The notes under the pieces: generated by a model
Told to the model about the DNA's origin: nothing
The model's database searches: none
The model's input: only the letters and a program-made list of their open reading frames with translations
Source of the DNA: Amphiscolops sp. MND2022
Lineage: Eukaryota
Length of the DNA: 64,000 nt
Direction of reading: 5' to 3'
Assembly (NCBI GenBank): GCA_964187785.1
Contig: OZ076413.1
Coordinates: 49,416,001-49,480,000 of the forward strand
Shown: in pieces, positions 1 through 8,533 of the stretch
Layout: each line of letters begins with the position of its first letter
How positions within the stretch are numbered: position 1 is the first letter of the stretch
Translations under genes and position numbers: made by a program

Positions 1-2
1 AC

Positions 3-936
3 CTTTTTCCCATTCATTGTGGATGGTGGACGGCTCCAGGCCAACTGCTGGACGATAGTGCTGTCTCCTCTCAAAATGAGCCCCAGAATCAGGCAACACG
101 GACACAGCCTCACTCTCTGCAGCCGGGGTTTCCTGCGACGGATCACAGACAAAGACATCACTCTCCTCCGATGTCGCCGGTACCGCCTGAGACCCAGGAT
201 CAACGACTATAACATCACAATTAGTGCACAACCAGAGGAATAATATGGACAAAAGCACAAAACCACACACCCATAAAATTCCTAACGCCATACAAAGAAA
301 GAAGAAAGAATACCTACTTTCAAGAGTCTTGGATGCGCTGATGACAGGTGGCTCATACTCGTTCCCAGAACTGTCACGCAGTGTGGGCGGCACAGGCATA
401 GACCCAGAGATTATATCAGCCAACTTTACCCGTCTGGAAGGCCCCACACTCCCGACAGAAGGCACACGACTGGCACGACGCTTCTTCTTGCCCTGAGATT
501 GGGTACTAGCGGAAGGGTGATAATCGTCATCAGTTTCATCATCAGACACTAAATACAAAGTAGAGATCAAAAGAACGCGTTCGCAGACACCTAGAAAAGG
601 CTGGCCACCTATCAATTTCTAGAAAAGTTTACCTTTCTTATTGGCAAGATAGTCAAGTTCATGACGGGCATCACTGCTATCCGAATGAACAGATCCAGTC
701 TCCTCGGGACACTCGGCCTCGTCATCATCCACATCTTTCTCGCCGAACCCACGTATTTTCGAACCAGCAGTACTGACACCAGCCTCCTCATTCTCATCCT
801 GATCACCACTACCAGTAACTTCTTTTTCACCTCGAATGATAGACCCACCGACAGACTCAGACTCCAACTCACTCTCCATAAAACCAGCTCCTCGACTTTG
901 ACGCTGAAGGACATTATCCTCTTCAGTTGAACTCAT
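3..936 (-). CDS. Exons 1-3 (936-633, 548-318, 206-3) of the second copy of the antisense gene
   Basis: Same sequence as 13631-14564, offset by 13628. Confidence 0.75.
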
Positions 937-1154
937 TATCAAACAATCTAAAAATAGCAATCAGCATAAAATCAAAGAAGATGTGGCGTAAAACAAGGAA
1001 TTACTAATATCAAAAGATATCTACTATATAAGGAGATTTGTTCAGTCTGCCAGCTGAACAATTCATGGAGTTAACACAAACCGTGTGAACGAATCTTCCA
1101 AGCGGAGCAAATCAGTTGTACTACAAAATTGACTGACGCTTAGTTGACACTACA

Positions 1155-1715
1155 ATGAATCACGCAAACTCAAGCAGCCAAATAAACGAAAATGTTTTTA
1201 TTCTCGACAGAGATGAACAGCAGCAACCCAACCAAAGGCCCGGTACACCGCCGCCTAATTATCAGCTAATTAATCCTGCACGCTGTCCTACTATTTACGA
1301 AATCATTAAAACCGAAGACCAGCACATCGTCTTGGTACACGACAGCCAATTACCACAGATGATAAATGAAGAAGCAGAAAACCAAGTTATCCGCCGCTTC
1401 ACGACTGAAAACCCGGTCATACCTGACGACGCATTTATAAGCCCGGTCATACCTGACGACGCATTTATAAGCCCGGTCAGCGAGACCGACAGCAGCTCCG
1501 AAGGATACTGGTCAGGCAGCAGTTGGTCCAGCATTTCCACTTGGCGCTCTTATGACTCAATGAGAGATGACTTACCTACCTTGTTCGACACCCCGATCCG
1601 ATCCATTTCCCAATTTCTCCTTCCAGAGGGAACTGGGCAAAGAAGCCGAGGACTGTCACAGCCCCGCATAAGCTGTGAGTATTGCAACATGTGTAACCCA
1701 GTCTTCAAAGAATAA
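1155..1715 (+). CDS. 186-aa accessory ORF of unknown function (PPxY motif, Ser-rich, C-terminal CxxCxxC)
   Basis: ATG-initiated. TATATAAG at ~1025 and AATAAA at or after the stop. The internal 30-bp duplication preserves frame. Intact in both copies. Confidence 0.6.
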   Translation: MNHANSSSQINENVFILDRDEQQQPNQRPGTPPPNYQLINPARCPTIYEIIKTEDQHIVLVHDSQLPQMINEEAENQVIRRFTTENPVIPDDAFISPVIPDDAFISPVSETDSSSEGYWSGSSWSSISTWRSYDSMRDDLPTLFDTPIRSISQFLLPEGTGQRSRGLSQPRISCEYCNMCNPVFKE

Positions 1716-3022
1716 ATTGGGAAAAGAGAGGAAAGAACAAGAAAGAAACAACAAAGGGACAATTAGAAACAGAGGCGCTAAATTTGAAACAATTAAATAA
1801 ATAAATATATATATTAATATTACTATATTAATGTACACTTATTTAAATACGTACTTACGAATAACGGAGCTAAAGTGCAGTTAATAATGTTAATAATATA
1901 GTGCTAATATCAATACTACGTAAAACACTCAACCTGACAAGCAGTCAATTAATTCTTGAACGGAACTGCGGCCTGGCGGCCGGCCTCAAATGCGCTCACT
2001 AAAGCGGTGGCCTGGCAGGCGGCCTGAGATTTGTAAACCAATACACAAGCATTCCCTTACAGTGAATACATGTATACAAACTAATGGCTAATGCAGTGCT
2101 TCATCGACAGTGCAGTTTTGTATATATACCAATAATCGAGATTCCCGCGCCAATTCATTGCAATATTTTGGACCGCGGCCTGAGACGCGGCCTGAGAATG
2201 AAAATACAGCGAACTGTCCGTAAAATTAGAAAGTGTCGATGCTAACATGTAACTTTGTTTCGAAATAACTCTAATAGCCATCACTGATGATCCTAAATAA
2301 TACTGTTGATTGGAATATTACATATAATGTACTTTTACATGTAAATGGCGTCTAATCAGTAAATAAGCCTGAACCGTGGCCTGAGCCAAAGGCTCAATGT
2401 CAAAATGCAAACCAAGGGTTAATTGCATGCATATACCATTTTCTAAACACGTTACCGTTTAATTGCATTTATTATTCCATAAAATAATGTCTCTGATGCT
2501 GTGCACTGTTTATAATCACTGTATTTTGTTGAACCAATTTGTCCGTCCAGGACCATGGCCTGGGACCAGGCTTTGCCGTTTTATTTAAAACATCACCAAA
2601 TACACCGTAGAAAAGATTCTACTCTCCCTTTTGCAGTTTATCATACTTTTTCCATTTAATTTCTCTCATTTCGTTGCTAATTTATTTTAATTAGAGAATA
2701 TCTGTAAAAGGAATTTGACTGTCATCGTTTCCTCCCAAATTTAGTGCAGTTTGTTAACTTCGTTTGATGAGTCACAGCGTGTGTTTTTACTAGTTGTTCA
2801 GTTCGGCGTCTCGAAGAGGCGGGAGATTGGAGAGGAAGGAAAGCGAAGTCGCAACTCAGGCCGGAAGTGGACGCTTGCTTTCCCCGGGAAGCATGAACAA
2901 ACTGAAAGCCTGAGTTCGACTAAGCGGAACTGAATTTCCGGTTTCCCTGCCTCGGATGGACGCCGGGCTGAACGAAATGTGAAGTATGTGCGTGTCTTTT
3001 CCTTGCTTCCTCTATCGGAAGG

Positions 3023-3030
3023 TATAAATA
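3023..3030 (+). promoter_or_regulatory. Candidate TATA box for the genomic RNA
   Basis: TATAAATA ~170 bp upstream of the gag ATG; repeated at 16651. Confidence 0.45.
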
Positions 3031-3191
3031 TGATGGGACCAAGAGGCCATATTTAGTTAAAATTTTGTTGTTTATCGCAAGCAATTGTCTTTTGTTGAAA
3101 ATAATTGAAAGTTTCAAAACTTCAAATTTCTCTGCTCAAGATTCCACTTAGATTTCTTCTAAAGAAAATTGAGAACTTAAACTTGAACAAA

Positions 3192-4679
3192 ATGCCCGAG
3201 AGAAGCTCGAAAAGGAAAGCTAGGCGAGATTCCCCAGTGAATTCAGTAGACGAACCTGAGTCCTCCAGCATGAGGACTGAGAATACCCCTTGCTTGTCTG
3301 ACAAGGATTTCAACGAGTTATCCGAAAAGATAGAAAAGTCCGTCAGCAAAAGAATTAAGGACACGGAAATCGGACAACGTGAGATTTTGAAAATGATAGA
3401 GAATCTAGCCTCCAAGATAGACACACTAGCAGAAAAACCGTCCTACAACGCACACCACGATCCCGATGATGAAGACTTGGAGAATACGTATTTTAGACCC
3501 GGAACAGTTGAACCGAATGATTTACGTCTAAATCACGGTCAACACATGGTGACAGGAGTTACCACAACCCAGGACATACCCGCCCGGTCATCAAGTCTAC
3601 CGCCGCCCAACATGAGATATCCAGACGATATCGTAGACAAACTACTCGAATCCTTAAAAAATGCAACACAACAGAACGCGGGATTGCCCAGACTACCAAA
3701 GGCACTCTCAACGACTATGCCAACGTTCGACGGCCGCAATGACAAGTTCGAGCATTTCGAAGATCTGTTTATGACGAGCCTCAAAGTCTACCCAAACATC
3801 TCAGAAGAGGAGCAAATCCACTACTTCCACTCCCTCCTGAGAGGCGATGCCCTCCAAACCTATCGCAACATGACAGATGCAAACCGCACCAGTCTAGATG
3901 ACATCATCGCCACTTTTCGCAGACGGTATGTACGCCCACAATCGATAGCTACAGCAAGATGTAAGTGGGAACAACTTTACTTTGACCCTACTCGCCAAAC
4001 CTTCCAAGATTTCTTGGAGCAGTATCAAAAATTGGCACAGGAGGCATATGGCGACGACGCCCCAAAGTTCATAGAAACCTCATTCTATGCAAAAATGCCA
4101 GCCCATTTAAAACGAGTCCTCAACCAGGCAAGACTAGAGACAGAGTCGTACGACCTCATGGTCCAACACCTGGAACGCGAGATGGAGTTAAACGGACTCC
4201 TAGCCCCAAGCGAAACAAACATAACGGGAGTACACCAAATCGATGTACAAGACATTCCACAACAAACCGCCAATCCACCCAAACCGGCAGGCCCGTGCTT
4301 TGGATGTGGCCACTCAGGCCATGTAATAAAGAACTGCCGGAAAACAGCTCGGGAAGCCCGCAACCGAGGCAACCGGGTACCAACCAAAATCACAAATCCA
4401 TGTGAAACCTGTGGCAAGAAAAGCCATACGACCCAAGAGTGTTATTCCGGAGCCAACTGGGCAAATAGACCTCAATGGTGGAAGACACCTAAGACAACTC
4501 CCCCGAATAACATCCCGTTGCCACAAAATGCCCAAGGTCAATACCCCTCGGACAACCCATCAACCCACCAGCAAACATACGAAAACCAAACACATAGCCA
4601 AACGGGCTACCCACCCATGCTCCCGCAGACTACTCAACCCCAAAACTTAAGTCAGAACCTCAGCCACTCAAAAAACTAG
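3192..4679 (+). CDS. gag: Gag (N-terminal coiled-coil-like segment, capsid, two CCHC zinc knuckles)
   Basis: First ATG at 3192. Capsid-like PTFDGRNDKFEHFEDLF. Knuckles CFGCGHSGHVIKNC and CETCGKKSHTTQEC. Confidence 0.92.
   Translation: MPERSSKRKARRDSPVNSVDEPESSSMRTENTPCLSDKDFNELSEKIEKSVSKRIKDTEIGQREILKMIENLASKIDTLAEKPSYNAHHDPDDEDLENTYFRPGTVEPNDLRLNHGQHMVTGVTTTQDIPARSSSLPPPNMRYPDDIVDKLLESLKNATQQNAGLPRLPKALSTTMPTFDGRNDKFEHFEDLFMTSLKVYPNISEEEQIHYFHSLLRGDALQTYRNMTDANRTSLDDIIATFRRRYVRPQSIATARCKWEQLYFDPTRQTFQDFLEQYQKLAQEAYGDDAPKFIETSFYAKMPAHLKRVLNQARLETESYDLMVQHLEREMELNGLLAPSETNITGVHQIDVQDIPQQTANPPKPAGPCFGCGHSGHVIKNCRKTAREARNRGNRVPTKITNPCETCGKKSHTTQECYSGANWANRPQWWKTPKTTPPNNIPLPQNAQGQYPSDNPSTHQQTYENQTHSQTGYPPMLPQTTQPQNLSQNLSHSKN
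3547..3559 (+). promoter_or_regulatory. Probable primer-binding site (tRNA-Leu-like)
   Basis: TGGTGACAGGAGT follows ...CAACA(CA). It is one mismatch from the complement of the typical eukaryotic tRNA-Leu(CAG) 3' end, TGGTGTCAGGAGT (from memory). Confidence 0.6.
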
Positions 4680-4747
4680 AATCGCCACATCTTCGATTTG
4701 GGGAGACTGTCGAAATGCGACAGTACACAACATCTGAACCCCCAAAT
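4670..4747 (+). promoter_or_regulatory. -1 ribosomal frameshift signal (A AAA AAC plus downstream stems)
   Basis: Heptamer 4670-4676 is in the correct gag phase just before TAG. Stems actgtcg/cgacagt and atttgggg/ccccaaat follow. Confidence 0.8.
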
Positions 4748-7700
4748 TCATACGACAAAGAAGGAAACACTAAGCGAAATGAAGAACCATCTCTCGACTG
4801 GCAGCGAAGATGGCAGATCCATAAGCTCCATAAATACAACCGTCGACACATCACAAAGAAGGACTACCCCCAGTGGTACCTCGACAACCCGACTGAGTAC
4901 AATACTCCCAAACGACCCCTACCAGAAAGCACTACCCCTGAAACATACTTCCACGACTCGGACTTCAACTGCGACCCCTACTATAACCCTCAACTATACG
5001 ACAAAACAACACTAACCTTCAAACACCAGGAATGCACGCCATTTGAAGAGTATATCAGAAAAACAGGGATGAACATTTCCACCGAGCCACGCCACAGGTC
5101 CAAAACCGTCCAACCCATCCCCAATTACGACCAGGACGCGGAACATGTGACAGAGATCATAGTTGATCTCCCACAAGACAATCTCAGACCCATACTCAAA
5201 AACCAAGGATCACATGCCACTGCTCCCCATTCTCCATCAAGGGAACAGTCAACAAACCCTATTAGAGCCGGTATTATCCGATCCCCAACAATGGACGTGG
5301 CACCAGATAGCCACCAACACAAAGACATCGCCCACAGGACCACGAACGAAGCCGTGGACCTAGCCCAAAATACACACAATCCGGAGACAATCACCTCCAA
5401 ACCCACAACAAAACGCATCAAGAGATCCCTACTCTTGGAGCCACCAACTCTCAGCGAGACCCAGGTCTCACACCCCATCCTCAATAGCCAGCTAGAAGAT
5501 GACACCGACTTTGATCGACACATCATAGCTGACGTAACCAACATGCAGTCTGGATCGCCCTCAGGTGCCGCAAACGGCGCACCACAACAGGACACTCCCA
5601 GGTCCTACCTCCCCCAGCAGACTGCAGAATATCCGAGGAATAACGAAAGCCCAACCAGAGAAACCAACGTCTACCCCTCTCTCTCAAGCAGGCAGACCGA
5701 AAACGAAGTCGAGGACCCTCGACCCCTCACCTCTGCCGCAACTAACACGCAATCTGGATTCCCCCCAGGTGTAGTAAACGACTCACCATCCCAGGACGAA
5801 CCCCAGTCCTACCCCCTGGCCCAGATTGCGGAATTCCTCACGAGAGACCCCATCACCAAAGAAGAGTGCATACCGATCTTCTCAGCGGTATCACTTAAAA
5901 AGAAGAAGAAAATGCTCTTCGCACCCATGGATTTCCAGGACTTGACCCTGGACGCCCTCATCGATTCTGGCGCTCTCGTAAACTGCATCTCTGAAACAGA
6001 TTACAACAAAATCATCCAAATGTCCCCCAAAGATGTAGTCAAAGAATTGGAACCTCCCCCCTTCAAACTTCAAGTCGCAAACGGCGACATTGAGACACCT
6101 ACCAAAACAATCATCCTCCAATTCGAGATCGGAGACTGGAATTTCAAAGAAACCTTTATCGTGGCCAAACGCCTGACTGGCCCGATACTTGGCCTTACAT
6201 TCCTCAAAAACAATAGCGCAATCCTGGACGTGAGTCAAGGCCTGTTACACTTCCCCCACCTCACATATTCAATCGAAACTGATGAATATACACGTAACAG
6301 GAAATTGTATAAAGTACAGATCAAGAATCCACTCACGATTCCCCCGGAAACAACACAAACAATCACGGGCTCCACAGACACACCATCAAACGTTGACACA
6401 ACCGGTGTCATAAACCCAGCTACCAACCATTGTAGTGGTGACCCCCTAGTAGTAGCCAGCTCCATCTCAACAGCTTCCAACAGGAAAATCGACATCAGAG
6501 TCACCAACACCACCCCTACACCTTTCACTATTAAACGCAACACCACAATCGCCGAGTTCAAAATCCTGTCCCCGGAAGAGGCCAAAGAACTCAGACCACT
6601 GAACACAGCAGCACTTAAAGTGCTGACCGAAGACGACTCCGAAGAAGCGCTAGTGTACATCAATGAGCTTCTGAAAACCTCAGAAAAACCATCAAACAAC
6701 CAAAACTTTTGGTTTCCTACACCGGACAATCCTGGCGACCCTAGTACCCACACGCCGATTCAAAGCAGAATACTGAGGGAAATCAAGGAACTGGAAGAGA
6801 TCCAGAAACTGGACCCCAATAACAATACTGAAGACCGAGAGGCATTCCTCAAAAACTTTAAATGGGATGATTCCCAGTTAACAGAAAATGACCAGAAAGA
6901 CATTGAGGAAATCCTGATAGAGTTCAATGACATTTTCGCGAGGCACCGACTAGACATCGGAATCAACCACGACTTTAAAATCAAGCTCACCCCAAAAACA
7001 GACGACCCCGTCTATTCACAGAGCTTGCCGTGCCCCATTAACCTGAAAGAGGATCTGACAGTCGAGTTGGCACTAATGCATTACTTCGGGATCATCACCA
7101 CCCTCCCGTTCAGCAAGTATGCTAGTCCCATCTTCGCCCAACGGAAACCAAATGGCCGCCTACGTCTCCTGGTCGACCTCAGGAAGATCAACAACCTAAT
7201 CTCCGATGACTACATTAACAACAATCATCCCGTGAGCACATTGACCGACGCAGCGCAACACCTCGCTGGCAAAAAGTTGTTCTGTAAGCTTGATTGTTCA
7301 CAAGCTTACCACGTGCTGCAAATGGCAGACCAGAAATCAGTGCAACTCCTAGCCTTCAACTTTGCCAGCAGGACATTTGCGTACCTCAGGCTAGCCCAGG
7401 GCCTGAGCCGCTCACTCTCGTCCTTCTCCAGTTTCATGAGGGAATATCTTGACAAAGCCATAAAGGCGGACAAATGCGCTCAGTACGTAGATGACATTGG
7501 AATCGCCACCAACACTCCCGAGGAGTTGAAGAACAACTTGAGAGAGGTCTTCCAATGCATCCGCGCTGCAGGACTCCGGCTCACCATGGCCAAATGTCAG
7601 TTCGGCGCCAAGGAAGTCGAATTCCTTAGGCGAACGATTTCCCCAGCAGGAGTGGCACCCCAGAGCCACAAGATCCAGAAACACCTCCAAACCATCAAAT

Positions 7701-8533
7701 TCCCCCGAACGAAGAAGGGACTTCAAAGATACATCGGGTTTGTAAACTACTACAGAAATTACATTCCCCGATTGTCAGAGAAAATCGCCCCGTTCCATGA
7801 ACTGATCAAATCAGACAAACCGGTAAAGATCGACCAAGACCTCATTTCCAACTTTGAAGACATCAACAAGTCACTGGACAACGCATGCGGCCTTTGGCTC
7901 AAACAGCCACTGCCAAACCGGCAGTACGTGCTAATGACAGACGCAAGCTTCAAGAACGCCGGATATGCCTTGATGACGGAAGAGGACCCCGAACAAAAGA
8001 TCACCTCCACCAAGAAGACTTACGCTCCAGTGGCATTTGGATCAAAGACCTTTTCACCGTCCCAGCTGAAAATGTCGATCTACGCCAAAGAATTCTTGGC
8101 CATCTATTTTGCATTTATGGAATACAGCCACATCTTGTGGGGTTCCTCCAAACCAACTATTGTCTTAACTGACAATAAATCGGTCACCAGGTTTTTTCAA
8201 ACCAAGATGATTCCCCACTCCCTCTGGAATGCCTGCGATTTCGTATTACAATTTCACTTCAAGATCGCCCATGTGCCAGGACGAATGAATACTGCAGCTG
8301 ATTTCCTCTCCCGTCTCGACATCAGCCCCAAAGAAAAAGTCCTTCTCCAAATCATAGAAGATATACAAACTACACCGATCCAGGTGAACATCCAATCTTC
8401 CGACATCCATGAGGAAGATCAATTCTATTTTTTACCAGAGGACGACTCAGAGACCGAAGAGGACATCTGGGAGCGGAAACAACAAGCCCGCAAACAGATC
8501 TATTCACCATATAAAAAAGCACTGATCCAATGA
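4676..8533 (+). CDS. pol: Pol: long spacer, aspartic protease, dUTPase-like remnant, reverse transcriptase, RNase H
   Basis: LIDSGA (5963), YVDD (~7484), MTDAS...TDNKS...ADFLSR. The frame is -1 relative to gag and open from the slippery site. Confidence 0.95.
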   Translation, partial: LESPHLRFGETVEMRQYTTSEPPNSYDKEGNTKRNEEPSLDWQRRWQIHKLHKYNRRHITKKDYPQWYLDNPTEYNTPKRPLPESTTPETYFHDSDFNCDPYYNPQLYDKTTLTFKHQECTPFEEYIRKTGMNISTEPRHRSKTVQPIPNYDQDAEHVTEIIVDLPQDNLRPILKNQGSHATAPHSPSREQSTNPIRAGIIRSPTMDVAPDSHQHKDIAHRTTNEAVDLAQNTHNPETITSKPTTKRIKRSLLLEPPTLSETQVSHPILNSQLEDDTDFDRHIIADVTNMQSGSPSGAANGAPQQDTPRSYLPQQTAEYPRNNESPTRETNVYPSLSSRQTENEVEDPRPLTSAATNTQSGFPPGVVNDSPSQDEPQSYPLAQIAEFLTRDPITKEECIPIFSAVSLKKKKKMLFAPMDFQDLTLDALIDSGALVNCISETDYNKIIQMSPKDVVKELEPPPFKLQVANGDIETPTKTIILQFEIGDWNFKETFIVAKRLTGPILGLTFLKNNSAILDVSQGLLHFPHLTYSIETDEYTRNRKLYKVQIKNPLTIPPETTQTITGSTDTPSNVDTTGVINPATNHCSGDPLVVASSISTASNRKIDIRVTNTTPTPFTIKRNTTIAEFKILSPEEAKELRPLNTAALKVLTEDDSEEALVYINELLKTSEKPSNNQNFWFPTPDNPGDPSTHTPIQSRILREIKELEEIQKLDPNNNTEDREAFLKNFKWDDSQLTENDQKDIEEILIEFNDIFARHRLDIGINHDFKIKLTPKTDDPVYSQSLPCPINLKEDLTVELALMHYFGIITTLPFSKYASPIFAQRKPNGRLRLLVDLRKINNLISDDYINNNHPVSTLTDAAQHLAGKKLFCKLDCSQAYHVLQMADQKSVQLLAFNFASRTFAYLRLAQGLSRSLSSFSSFMREYLDKAIKADKCAQYVDDIGIATNTPEELKNNLREVFQCIRAAGLRLTMAKCQFGAKEVEFLRRTISPAGVAPQSHKIQKHLQTIKFPRTKKGLQRYIGFVNYYRNYIPRLSEKIAPFHELIKSDKPVKIDQDLISNFEDINKSLDNACGLWLKQPLPNRQYVLMTDASFKNAGYALMTEEDPEQKITSTKKTYAPVAFGSKTFSPSQLKMSIYAKEFLAIYFAFMEYSHILWGSSKPTIVLTDNKSVTRFFQTKMIPHSLWNACDFVLQFHFKIAHVPGRMNTAADFLSRLDISPKEKVLLQIIEDIQTTPIQVNIQSSDIHEEDQFYFLPEDDSETEEDIWERKQQARKQIYSPYKKALIQ

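Larger units (their letters stand above)
1..3452 (+). repeat. Direct repeat copy A (extends beyond the window start)
   Basis: Matches 13629-17080. By eye I saw only about 3 substitutions (near 1017 and 1258-1259). Confidence 0.97.
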
